Assembly: GCF_044704955.1 (NCBI RefSeq)
Contig: NC_091981.1
Coordinates: 296,918,001-296,982,000, forward strand
Length of the DNA: 64,000 bases
Direction: 5' to 3'
Source of the DNA: Pristiophorus japonicus
Taxonomy: Eukaryota
The notes beneath the pieces are model-generated. The model saw only the letters and a list, made by a program, of their open reading frames with translations. It searched no databases and was not told the DNA's origin. Both the position numbers and the translations under genes were made by a program. Below are positions 30,856 through 42,542 of this stretch, piece by piece. Within the stretch, counting starts at the first letter, position 1; each line of letters begins with the position of its first letter.

Positions 30856-33800
30856 AACACGGGGTTAGATACAGAGTAAAGCTCCCTCTACACTGTCCCA
30901 TCAAACACTCCCAGGGCAGGTACAGCACGGGTTAGATACAGAGTAAAGCTCCCTCTACACTGTCCCATCAAACACTCCCAGGGCAGGTACAGCACGGGGT
31001 TAGATACAGAGTAAAGCTCCCTCTACACTGTCCCATCAAACACTCCCAGGGCAGGTACAGGGGGTTAGATACAGAGTAAAGCTCCCTCTACACTATCCCA
31101 TCAAACACTCCCAGGGCAGGTACAGCACGGGTTAGATACAGTGTAAAGCTTCCTCTACACTGTCCCATCAAACACTCCCAGGGCAGGTACAGCACGGGTT
31201 AGATACAGAGTAAAGCTCCCTCTACACTGTCCCATCAAACACTCCCAGGGCAGGTACAGGGGGTTAGATACAGAGTAAAGCTTCCTCGACACTGTCCCAT
31301 CAAACACGCCCAGGGCAGGTACAGCACGGGTTAGATACAGAGTAAAGCTTCCTCTACACTGTCCCATCAAACACGCCCAGGGCAGGTACAGCACGGGTTA
31401 GATACAGAGTAAAGCTCCCTCTACACTGTCCCATCAAACACTCCCAGGGCAGGTACAGGGGGTTAAGTACAGAGTAAAGCTCCCTCTACACTGTCCCATC
31501 AAACACTCCCAGGGCAGGTACAGCACGGGGTTAGATACAGAGTAAAGCTCCCTCTACACTGTCCCATCAAACACTCCCAGGACAGGTACAGTACGGGTTA
31601 GATACAGAGTAAAGCTCCCTCTACACTGTCCCATCAAACACTCCCAGGGCAGGTACAGGGGGTTAGCTACAGAGTAAAGCTCCCTCTACACTGTCCCATC
31701 AAACACTCCCAGGGCAGGTACAGGGGGTTAGATACAGAGTAAAGCTCCCTCTACACTGTCCCATCAAACACTCCCAGGGCAGGTACAGCACAGGTTAGAT
31801 ACAGAGTAAAGCTCCCTCTACACTGTCCCATCAAACACTCACAGGGTTAGATACAGAGTAAAGCTCCCTCTACACTGTCCCATCAAACACTCCCAGGGTT
31901 AGATACAGAGTAAAGCTCCCTCTACACTGTCCCATCAAACACTCCCAGGGTTAGATACAGAGTAAAGCTCCCTTTACACTGTCCCATCAAACACTCCCAG
32001 GGCAGGTACAGCACAGGGTTAGATACAGAGTAAAGCCCCCTCTACACTGTCCCATCAAACACTCCCAGGGCAGGTACAGCACGGGTTAGATACAGAGTAA
32101 AGCTCCCTCTACACTGTCCCATCAAACACTCCCAGGGCAGGTACACGGGGTTAGATACAGAGTAAAGCCCCCTCTACACTGTCCCATCAAACACTCCCAG
32201 GGCAGGTACAGCATGGGTTAGATACAGAGTAAAGCTCCCTCTACACTGTCCCATCAAACACTCCCAGGGCAGGTACAGCACAGGTTAGATACAGAGTAAA
32301 GCTCCCTTTACACTGTCCCATCAAACACTCCCAGGGCAGGTACAGCACAGGGTTAGATACAGAGTAAAGCCCCCTCTACACTGTCCCATCAAACACTCCC
32401 AGGGCAGGTACAGCACGGGTTAGATACAGAGTAAAGCCCCCTCTACACTGTCCCGTCAAACACTCCCAGGGCAGATACAGCACGGGTTAGATACAGAGTA
32501 AAGCTCCCTCTACACTGTCCCATCAAACACTCCCAGGGCAGGTACAGCACGGGTTAGATACAGAGTAAAGCTCCCTCTACACTGTCCCATCAAACACTCA
32601 CAGGGTTAGATACAGAGTAAAGCTCCCTCTACACGGTCCCATCAAACACTCCCAGGGCAGGTACAGCACGGGTTAGATACAGAGTAAAGCTCCCTCTACA
32701 CTGTCCCATCAAACACTCCCAGGACAGGTACAGAACGGGTTAGATACAGAGTAAAGCTCCCTCTACACGGTCCCATCAAACACTCCCAGGGCAGGTACAG
32801 CACGGGTTAGATACAGAGTAATGCTCCCTCTACACTGTCCCATCAAACACTCCCAGGACAGGTACAGCACGGGTTAGATACAGAGTAAAGCTCCCTCTAC
32901 ACTGTCCCATCAAACACTCCCAGGACAGGTACAGAACGGGTTAGATACAGAGTAAAGCTCCCTCTACACTGTCCCATCAAACACTCCCAGGACAGGTACA
33001 GCACGGGTTAGATACAGAGTAAAGCTCCCTCTACACTGTCCCATCAAACACACCCAGGACAGGTACAGAACGGGTTAGATACAGATTAAAGCTCCCTCTA
33101 CACTGTCCCATCAAACACTCCCAGGGCAGGTACAGCACGGGTTAGATACAGATTAAAGCTCCCTCTACTGTCCCATCAAACACTCCCAGGGCAGGTACAG
33201 CACGGGTTAGATACAGAGTAAAGCTCCCTCTACACTGTCCCATCAAACACGCCCAGGGCAGGTACAGCATGGGTTAGATACAGAGTAAAGCTCCCTCTAC
33301 TGTCCCATCAAACACTCCCAGGGCAGGTACAGCACGGGTTAGATACAGAGTAAAGCTCCCTCTACTGTCCCATCAAACACTCCCAGGGCAGGTACAGCAA
33401 GGGTTAGATACAGAGTAAAGCTCCCTCTACACTGTCCCATCAAACACTCCCAGGGCAGGTACAGCACGGGGTTAGATACAGAGTAAAGCTCCCTCTACAC
33501 TGTCCCATCAAACACGCCCAGGGCAGGTACAGCACGGGGTTAGATACAGAGTAAAGCTCCCTCTACACTGTCCCATCAAACACGCCCAGGGCAGGTACAG
33601 CACGGGGTTAGATACAGAGTAAAGCTCCCTCTACACTGTCCCATCAAACACTCCCAGGGCAGGTACAGGGGGTTAGGTACAGAGTAAAGCTCCCTCTACA
33701 CTGTCCCATCAAACACTCCCAGGGCAGGTACAGAGTAAAACTCCTTCTACACTGTCCCATCAAACACTCCCAGGGCAGGTACAGGGGGTTAGGTACAGAG

Positions 33801-34552
33801 TAAAACTCCCTTTACACTGTCCCATCAAACACGCCCAGGGCAGGTACAGGGGGTTAGATACAGAGTAAAACTCCCTCTGCACTGCCCCATCAAACACTCC
33901 CAGGGCAGGTACAGGGGGTTAGATACAGAGTAAAACTCCCTCTACACTGCCCCATCAAACACTCCCAGGGCAGGTACAGCATGGGTTAGATACAGAGTAA
34001 AGTTCCCTCTACACTGTCCCATCAAACACTCCCAGGGCAGGTACAGCACGGGTTAGATACAGAGTAAAGCTCCCTCTACACTGTCCCATCAAACACTCCC
34101 AGGGCAGGTACAGCACGGGGTTAGATACAGAGTAAAGCTCCCTCTACACTGTCCCATCAAACACTCCCAGGGCAGGTACAGCACGGGGTTAGATACAGAG
34201 TAAAGCTCCCTCTACACTGTCCCATCAAACACTCCCAGGGCAGGTACAGCACGGGTTAGATACAGAGTAAAGCTCCCTCTACACTGTCCCATCAAACACT
34301 CCCAGGGCAGGTACAGCACGGGTTAGATACAGAGTAAAGCTCCCTCTACACTGTCCCATCAAACACCCCCAGGGCAGGTACAGCATGGGTTAGATACAGA
34401 GTTAAGCTCCCTCTACACTGTCCCATCAAACACTCCCAGGACAGGTACAGCACGGGGTTCGATACAGAGTAAAGCTCCCTCTACACTGTCCCATCAAACA
34501 CTCCCAGGGCAGGTACAGCACGGGGTTAGATACAGAGTAAAGCTCCCTCTAC
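30856..34552 (+). repeat. 67-bp satellite GGGTTAGATACAGAGTAAAGCTCCCTCTACACTGTCCCATCAAACACTCCCAGGGCAGGTACAGCAC (about 55 copies)
   Basis: Directly visible; occupies nearly all of EXOSC4 intron 1. Confidence 0.97.
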
Positions 34553-34625
34553 TCTCCTTTTGACTGGCGGTTACGATGTCGATGGGGTGTGAGTGACAGT
34601 CGTGATGTGCAGTCCTTTATTTCAG

Positions 34626-34832
34626 ATTCGTGGCGCTCGCAGTAAGGCCCTTCACGACAAGGCGATGGTGAACTGTCAGTACAGCATGGCGACATTCAGC
34701 ACGGGCGAGCGCAAGAGACGGCCCCACGGCGACCGCAAGTCTACCGAGATGACCCTGCACCTGAAGCAGACGTTTGAGGCCGCCATTTTAACTCAGCTTT
34801 ACCCACGATCCCAAATTGACATCTACGTGCAG
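34626..34832 (+). CDS. EXOSC4: Exosome complex component RRP41, exon 2
   Basis: IRGARSKALHDKAMVNCQYSMATFSTGERKRRPHGDRKS...LYPRSQIDIYVQ; tttcag| ... |gtattg; 207 bp, phase 0-0. Confidence 0.97.
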
Positions 34833-35053
34833 GTATTGAGCCATGGCCCTGACCTCTGCTGCCGGTCCTGACCCCTGACCCCAATCTTTGTTGCCAGCCC
34901 GACCACTGACCCTGACTCCGACCCCTGTCGCCAACTCGCCCTTGTCGTTGGCACTAGCCTCTGGCCACTGCTGCTGACCTTTACGCCTCAACTTCTGACC
35001 CCTCTCGCTGGCTCTGTCCTTTGGTGCTCTCGCCGATCCTGATCACTGATCTT

Positions 35054-36028
35054 ACATAAGAAATAGGAGCAGGAGTCGGCCATTCGGCCCCCCGAGCCTG
35101 CTCCGCCATTCAATAAGACCATGGCTGATCTGATCATGGACTCAACTCCACTTCCCTGCCCGCTCCATATAACCCTTTATTCCCTTATCACTCAAAAATC
35201 TATCTACCTCCACCTTAAATATATTCAGTGACCCAGCCTCCACAGCTCTCTGGGGCAGAGAATTGCACAGATTTACAACCCTCCGAGAGAAGAAATTTCT
35301 CCTCATCTCAGTTTAAAATGGGCGGCCCCTTATGTCCCCTAGTTTTAGTTTCCCCTGTCAGTGGAAACATTCTCTCTGCATCCACCTTGTCGAGCCCCCT
35401 CATTATCTTATATATTTCGATAAGATCACCTCTCATTCTTCTGAACTCCAACCTGCTCTACTATCTTCATAAGTCCACCCCCTCATCTCTGGAATCAACC
35501 CAGTGAACCTTCTCTGAACAGCCTCCAATGCAAGTATATATTACCTTTAATACGGAGACCAAAACTGTGCGCAGTACTCCAGGTGTGTCCTCACCAATAC
35601 CCTGTACAGTTGTAGCAGGACTTCTCTGTTTTTATACTCTATCCCCCTTGCAATAAAGGCCAACATTCCATTTGCCTTCCTGATTACTTGCTGTACCTGC
35701 ATACTAACTTTGTATGTTTTATGCACAAGGGCCCCAGGTCTCTCTGTACTGCAGCATTTTGTAATTTTTTTCCATTTAAATTGTAATTTGCTTTCCTATA
35801 TTTTTCTGCCAAAGTGGATAACCTCACATGTTCCCACATTATACTCCATCTGCCAAATTTTTGCCCACTCACTGAGCCTGTCTATATCCCTTTGCAGATT
35901 TTTTGTGTCCTCCTCACAATTTGCTTTCCCACCCATCTTTGTATCATCAGCAAACTTGGCTACATTACACTCGGTCCCTTCATCCAAATCATTAATATAG
36001 AGTATAAATAGTTGAGGCCCCAGCACCG
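35054..36028 (-). mobile_element. CR1 LINE 3' portion
   Basis: LGPQLFILYINDLDEGTECNVAKFADDTK; tail TTCTTATG. Confidence 0.88.
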
Positions 36029-36984
36029 ATGACCTTTTCCTCTCAGCTGGACCCGCTCCTTCCCTCTGACCCTATCTGACCCTCCCACTGGGAAGGGATC
36101 CCTTCAGCGCTCATTGGTGGTCTGTTTGGGATAAAAGCTATTTGTTTAAAGGTTCCATGAACATTTGCGAGTCCTGCAATTGGCTGGGTTCACGGCCAAG
36201 GCCAGACCTCTGCCAGGGAGCCAGGAATTGGCCGTCTGGAGCTACTGCCTGGGCGCGATGCTCCTCAACGGTCAACCGGTCCACTTTTCTTTTCAAACTA
36301 ATTATTTGGAGAAGCTGGGATTGTTCTCCTTAGAGCAGAGAAGTTTGAGGAGATGTACTAGAAATGTTCAAAATCATGGCGGGGATTTGATCGAGTAAAT
36401 AAGGAGAAACTATTTCCATTGCCGGGGGGGGCCGGTAACCAGAAGGCACGGATTTAAGGGAAGTGGCAAAAGAACCCGAGGGGGATAAGGAGCATAGTGG
36501 TGATCAGGAACGTGCTGCCTGAAGGGGCGGTGGAAGCAGATTCAGTAATAACTTTCAAAAGGGAATTGGATAGATACTTGACGGGGCAAAATGTGCAGGG
36601 CTATGGGGGAAGAGCGGGGAATGGGACTCTCAGAGCCGGCACATGAATTGCAGACAGAAACAAAAAGCTGCTGGATCACAGAGTGTTCCTCATCCCCGTG
36701 GGATGTGGAGCTTTTTACAGAGCTGCTTCAATGTTGCTGCTGAGTGATGCACAGGAGGAAGCGGTGGGGAGGGTGGGGGGGGCGGAGCGGAATATTGGGT
36801 ACATACCCTGCAGCAACCTGGGAGCTCACCGCGCTGAGAATCACTGGGTGCATGGTGTGGGGAAGGGGACTGTGGTACCCTCCGGTTCCCTTGTGAGCAA
36901 CATGGTTTTGTTGGGTTTTATGGATATATGGAACAAAGGTGGGTAAGTGGAGATGAAGTGCAGTTTAGTCATGATCTAATGGAA

Positions 36985-37476
36985 GGTGTAACAGGCTCGA
37001 GGGGCTGAATGGGCCTCCTCCTGTTCCTGTGTAACAGGCTCGAGGGGCTGAATGGGCCTCCTCCTGTTCCTGTGTAACAGGCTCGAGGGGCTGAATAGGC
37101 CTCCTGTTCCTGTGTAACAGGCTCGAGGGGCTGAATGGTCTCCTGTTCCTGTGTAACAGGCTCGAGGGGCTGAATGATCTCCTCCTGTTCCTGTGTAACA
37201 GGCTCGAGGGGCTGAATGGTCTCCTCCTGTTCCTGTGTAACAGGCTCGAGGGGCTGAATGGGCCTCCTCCTATGTAACAGGCTCGAGGGGCTGAATGGGC
37301 CTCCTCCTGTTCCTGTGTAACAGGCTCGAGGGGCTGAATGGGCCTCCTCCTGTTCCTGTGTAACAGGCTCGAGGGGCTGAATGGCCTCCTCCTGTTCCTG
37401 TGTAACAGGCTCGAGGGGCTGAATGGGCCTCCTGTGTAACAGGCTCAAGGGGCTGAATGGCCTCCTCCTGTTCCTA
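36985..37476 (+). repeat. Tandem array (about 12 copies, 32-44 bp) of the CR1 3' terminus TGTAACAGGCTCGAGGGGCTGAATGGGCCTCCTCCTGTTCCTG
   Basis: Directly visible; continuous with the CR1 3' UTR sequence immediately upstream. Confidence 0.9.
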
Positions 37477-37690
37477 TGGGTGAGTGGAGCTTTACTAACG
37501 TGGCGATGTATTTGCCTCTCGGGTCACGAGGGGAGCTGTTGGTGTAGATGTTTGCCAGTGGTCAGTCCAAGGTCAGATGGGTGTGTCCCTGCAGCACTGG
37601 ACCCAGGGGTTTACTCTGGGCCCCCCTCTCCCGGTGGGTAGCAAGCTCCCGTTCACCTCCAGTATTCTCTCCTCCCCTTCCCCCACACAG

Positions 37691-38050
37691 ATCCTCCAGG
37701 CGGACGGCGGCAACTACTGCGCCTGCGTCAACGCGGCCACGCTGGCGGTCATCGACGCGGGGATCCCCATGCGGGACTACGTGTGCGCCTGCTCGACAGG
37801 CTTCATCGAGGACAGCGCGCTGGCAGACCTTAGCTACATCGAGGAGTCTGCGGGGGGGCCTCAGGTGGCGCTGGCCCTGCTGCCCAAGTCCCAGCAGATC
37901 GCCCTGCTGGAGATGAACTCCCGGCTGCACGAGGACCACCTGGAGAAGGTGGTGGACGCGGCGGCCAAGGCCTGCGGAGACGTGTACGCCGTGCTGGACC
38001 GTGTGGTCAGGGAGCACGTGCAGGAGGTTACCACGCTGGTGGGAGAGTGA
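37691..38050 (+). CDS. EXOSC4: Exosome complex component RRP41, exon 3 (stop TGA)
   Basis: ILQADGGNYCACVNAATLAVIDAGIPMRDYVCACS...EHVQEVTTLVGE*; acacag| acceptor. The spliced total is 245 aa. Confidence 0.97.
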   Translation: MLQADGGNYCACVNAATLAVIDAGIPMRDYVCACSTGFIEDSALADLSYIEESAGGPQVALALLPKSQQIALLEMNSRLHEDHLEKVVDAAAKACGDVYAVLDRVVREHVQEVTTLVGE

Positions 38051-38104
38051 GCCTCCGGCGGGAAGAAGCTCACTGTTCACTGTCTTCCTGCTGACGTGTC
38101 TGTG

Positions 38105-38266
38105 NNNNNNNNNNNNNNNNNNNNNNNNNNNNNNNNNNNNNNNNNNNNNNNNNNNNNNNNNNNNNNNNNNNNNNNNNNNNNNNNNNNNNNNNNNNNNNNN
38201 NNNNNNNNNNNNNNNNNNNNNNNNNNNNNNNNNNNNNNNNNNNNNNNNNNNNNNNNNNNNNNNNNN
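38105..38266. other. Assembly gap (162 N) inside a (TG/TC)-rich simple repeat in the EXOSC4 3' UTR
   Basis: Run of N, followed by a TCTG/TGTC low-complexity tract to about 38456. Confidence 0.99.
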
Positions 38267-38472
38267 TCTGTGTCGGTCTCTGTGTCTGTGTCTCTGTGTG
38301 TGTCTCTGTCTGTGTCTCTGTGTCTGTCTCTGTGTCTCTGTGTCGGTCTCTGTGTCGGTGTCGGTGTCTGTCTCTGTGTCTGTCTTTGTGTCTGTCTCTG
38401 TGTCTCTGTCTCTGTGTGTCTGTCTCTGTCTGTGTGTGTCTGTGTCTGTGTGTCTGACCCAGATTGGCCTTT

Positions 38473-38478
38473 AATAAA
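38473..38478 (+). terminator. Probable EXOSC4 polyadenylation signal AATAAA
   Basis: First visible AATAAA after the stop codon (the N gap is unread), followed by T/GT-rich downstream sequence. Confidence 0.65.
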
Positions 38479-39113
38479 AGTGATTCCAGTTTTTTGTATC
38501 AAAAGGATTGTTACAAAACTTTGTATCTTCCTTACTCTGCATCATCTGTAATGTACAGCTCTATTCGTTCAGCCAGGTCATAGTGAAACGACGAGGCCCT
38601 GATTCAGATCCCTAGGGAATGCCACTAGTCACATCCGTCAATCAAAGAGCAGTGGAGAGTCTAGAACCAGGGGCCACAGTCTCAGAATAAGGGGTCAGCC
38701 ATTTCAGACTGAGATGAGGAGGAATTTCTTCACTCAGAGGGTGATGAATCTGTGGAATTCTCTGCCCCAGAGGGCTATGGAGGCTCAGTTGTTGAGTATA
38801 TTCAAGACTGAGACCTCAGGATGTTCCAAAGCGCTTTTAATGTCCAAGGCTACACTGAGACACTTCACCGCCAAAAGATCGATAGAGTTTTGGATTCTCG
38901 GGGAATCGAGGGATACGAGGATAGTGCAGGACGGTGGAGTTGAGGTGGAAGACCAGCCATGATCTTATTGAATGGCGGAGCAGGCTCGAGGGGCCGAATG
39001 GCCGACTCCTGCTGCTAGTTCTTTCTCCCCACTCTGTGCCCCCCACCTCCCAACCAATTTCCAACCCGTGTCACAAGGTTAACTCCAATTCTGTGCGCAC
39101 TCATTTATTCCAG

Positions 39114-39628
39114 GCTCGGAAATCGGTGCAGTTCCGGCCTGTAAGACCATCAGCAGGCCGGGGCCATTGGAGGGAGCAGAGCGCGCTGCTGCAGGAGGGC
39201 GACGGCTACGAAGCCCGGTCGCTGATTGCAGTGCGGGCAGGCACAGCAGGAGGGGGCGAAGGAGCGGCAAGAGTCCGTAGAGGGAAGTGACCGGGGCCCA
39301 GGAGAGGCGAGGGCCCAGGGGCAGCACGGGCCAGCCCACACGGCGATATGTGCGTGCACTAGGTCCGTGCAGCAGAGCAGGTCTCCTGTTAGTCTTGGTT
39401 AACCCTTGCCACTGGACCAAGACCTAGCTCCATCAAGCCCGTGTGGTGGCTGGTGTGCAACGACCACCCCACATTAAAGAAAATCCACCCACAGGCACCT
39501 TCCACCCTTCAGGATGTAGTTCAGGATCTGGAATATTAGGTCCTTCATTGAAACACCTGTGAACTCATCCCCTTTTTGGCGTGGAAGCAAGTCATCCTCG
39601 CTTTGAGGGACTGCCTATAATGATGATG
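39114..39628 (+). mobile_element. Longest copy of the non-autonomous RTE-derived retroposon, 7-bp TSD
   Basis: TSD ATTCCAG at 39107-39113 and 39629-39635; body homologous to 3096-3379 and 51033-51262; RTE tail. Confidence 0.8.
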
Positions 39629-40349
39629 ATTCCAGTAATCTCTTCTCAAATAGGCCAGAATCTCCGGCGGTGGGAGGGAATCAGGAAAGCTGTTGCTCAC
39701 TGGGTAGGGAACACGACCCTGCTCCTGTTGCCTGGCTCCACTGATCTCAACCTGGGCAACACATTTGGCTAATATTTGCTCTCCCTCCTCCCCCCACACC
39801 TCTAGCCAGCTGAAAACTGCGGCCCTTTGGGCATTGGGCGAGACTGGATTGGGCTGAGTTGTGGTGCCCCCCCCCACCCCCGCCATGGTTAAATGTCCTG
39901 ATGATGTTCACATAGAAAGGAGGTCACTTGAGTGAGGTGCCGAGGTGGGGGCCCAGGGGTCAGGAGACAACAGTACCGCCCGGAGGGTGAAGGAGGAACA
40001 TTCACAGAAAGGAATAACACTCAGTGCGAGCCGGATGTATAAATACCTGCGGATGTTTGAGTTGTCAGGCCTCGCCCGCTCCGCAGACGGGACTCCCGAG
40101 TGGGTTACCGCCTCTCACGCCACTGCTGGGGCCAGCCGCCAGGTGGAGGAAGCCAGTTCTGGCAGTGCCTGCACGTGAGGAATAAGGAAGGGACATGCAT
40201 CTGATGACCTCAGGACATCCCAAAACGCCTTAAGGCTCGTGATTTAATGTCCAAGGCTACGTGGAGACACTTCACCGAAAGTCTCTCTGCCAGCTTTGTT
40301 CAACAGGTGTCAGCAGACCACACACAATCAGGGACAAAGGTAACAGTCA

Positions 40350-41603
40350 CTTGGTTGAGGGTGGATTAATTAATAAAAGCCAGCACTGATGTGTTAAAGG
40401 CATGTTTAACTAACTTGATTTGAGTTTTTTGATGAGGCAACAGAGAGGGTTGATGAGGGCAATGCGGTTGATGTGGTGTACATGGATTTCCAAAAGGTGT
40501 TAGATAAAGTGCCACACAATAGGCTTGTCAGCAAAGTTGAAGCCCACGAAATAAAAGGACAGTGGCAGCATGGATACGGAATTGTCTAAGTGACAGGAAA
40601 CAGAGAGTAGTGGTGAACGGTTGTTTTTCGGACTGGAGGAAGGTATACAGTGGTGTTCCCCAGGGGTTGGTACTGGGACCACTGCTTTGCTTGATATATA
40701 TTAATGACTCGGACATGGGTGTACAGGGCACAAGTTCACTATCTGCAGATGACACAAAACTTGGAAGTATAGTGAACAGTGAGGAGGATAGTGATAGACT
40801 TCAAGGAGACATAGACTGCTGCCAGATGAAATTTAATGCAGAAAAATGAAAAGCGATACATTTTGAGACAAGACAATATAAACTAAAGGGTACTATCCTA
40901 AAAGGGGTGCATGAAGACCTGGGAGTATGTGTGCACAAATTGTTGCAGGTGGTAGGGCAGGTTGAGAAAGTGGTTAAAAAAGCTTACGGGATCCTGGGAT
41001 TCATAAATCGAGGCACAGACTACAAAGTAAGGAAGTTATGATAAACCTGTATAAAACATTGGCTGGGCCTCAACTGGAGTATTGTGTCCAATTCTGGGCA
41101 CCGCACTTTAGGAAGGATGTGAAGGCCTTAGAGAGGGTGCAGAAAAGATTTACAAGAATGGTTCCAGGGATGAGGGACTTAAGTGACATGGATAGACTGG
41201 AGAAGCTGGGGTTGTTCTCCTTGGAGCAGAGAAGGTCGAGAGGAGATTTGATAGAGCTGTTCAAAATCATGAGGCGTCTGGACAGAGTAGATAGGGAGAA
41301 ACTGTTCCCATTGGTGGAAGGGTCGAGAACCAGAGGACACAGATTTAAGGTGATTGGCAGAAAATCCAAAGTCGACATGAGGAAAAACATTTTTACGCAG
41401 TTAGGATCTGGAGCGCATTGCCTGAACGGGCTGATTCAATCTTGGCTTTCAAAAGGGAATTGGATAAGTGCCTGAAGGAAAATAGTTTGCAGGGCTACAG
41501 GGAAAGGGCGGGGGAGTGGGACTGGCTGAAGTGCTCTTACAGAGAGCTGGCACGGGTTCGACGGGCCGAATGGCCGCCTCCTGTGCTATAACCATTCTAT
41601 GAT
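40350..41603 (+). mobile_element. CR1 LINE RT and 3' end (decayed)
   Basis: [41 protein letters not shown]; tail TTCTATGATT. Confidence 0.88.
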
Positions 41604-41624
41604 TGTATCTACAAGATACACTGC

Positions 41625-42440
41625 AGCAACTCGCCAAGCCTTCTTCACAGCACCTCGCAAATCTACCACCTGGAAGGACAAGGGCAGCAGGCTCATGGCA
41701 ACACCACCACCTCCAAGTCATACACTATTCTGACTTGGAAATATATCGCCATTCTTTCATCATCGTTCCGTCGTTGGCGGAATTCCTGGAATTCCCTCTC
41801 TAACAGCATTCTGGGAGCACCTTCACCACACGGACTGCAGCGGTTGAAAAGGGCGGCTCACCACCATCTTCTCAAAGACAATAAGGGATGAGCAATAAAT
41901 GCCGACCTTACCAGCGATGCCCACATCCCATGAACAATTTTTTTAAAACTCCAAGCTCCCTTTCCTTTCAAAAGCTCTTGAAAATGCTGTCGCCTCCTGA
42001 TTCCATACTCGTCTTTCCCATAACTCCCTGTTTGAATCCCTCCAATCAGATTTCTGCCCACCACAGTACTGAAACGGCTCTTATCAATGTTACATGTGAC
42101 GTTCTATGTGACCATGGTAAACTATCTCTCCTCGTCCTTCTCAACCTCGTTGCAGCCTTTGACACGGTTGACCCCACCATCCTCCTCCGTCGTCCAGTTA
42201 GATGGGACTGCGCTCGCCTGGATCCACTCTCATTTATCCAATCGTAGCCAGAGAATCACCCCCACAATGGCTTCTCTTACTGCTTCCGCACCTTAACCTC
42301 TGGAGTCCCCCAAGGGTCTATCTGTGGCATCCTCCTCTTTCTCATCTCTAGACTGCCCCTTCGGTGACATCATCTGAAGGCACAAAGTCAGGATCCACAT
42401 GTACATTGAGGACACCCAGCTCCACCTCACCACTTTACTA
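41625..42440 (+). mobile_element. Non-LTR 3' end (41625-41945) followed by an L2-clade RT fragment (41950-42440)
   Basis: HHSTETALINV...LLVLLNLVAAFDTVD and GVPQGS are L2-type RT motifs. Confidence 0.65.
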
Positions 42441-42494
42441 TATTCATAAAATCTAAATCCTCCTTAATGCTGGAATTATTAGCTTCAAATCGAT

Positions 42495-42507
42495 GTGTCA
42501 GCTGTGC

Positions 42508-42542
<35 letters not shown>

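Noticed and set aside
30856-34552. CRISPR-like regularity in the 67-bp, 42-bp, 40-bp and 33-bp arrays
   Set aside because: Head-to-tail repeats with no unique spacers, no cas genes, and a vertebrate intron context.
30856-34552. 67-bp satellite as a hammerhead (retrozyme) array
   Set aside because: No CUGANGA...GAAA core on either strand by eye; a covariance-model search would be needed to exclude other ribozyme classes.
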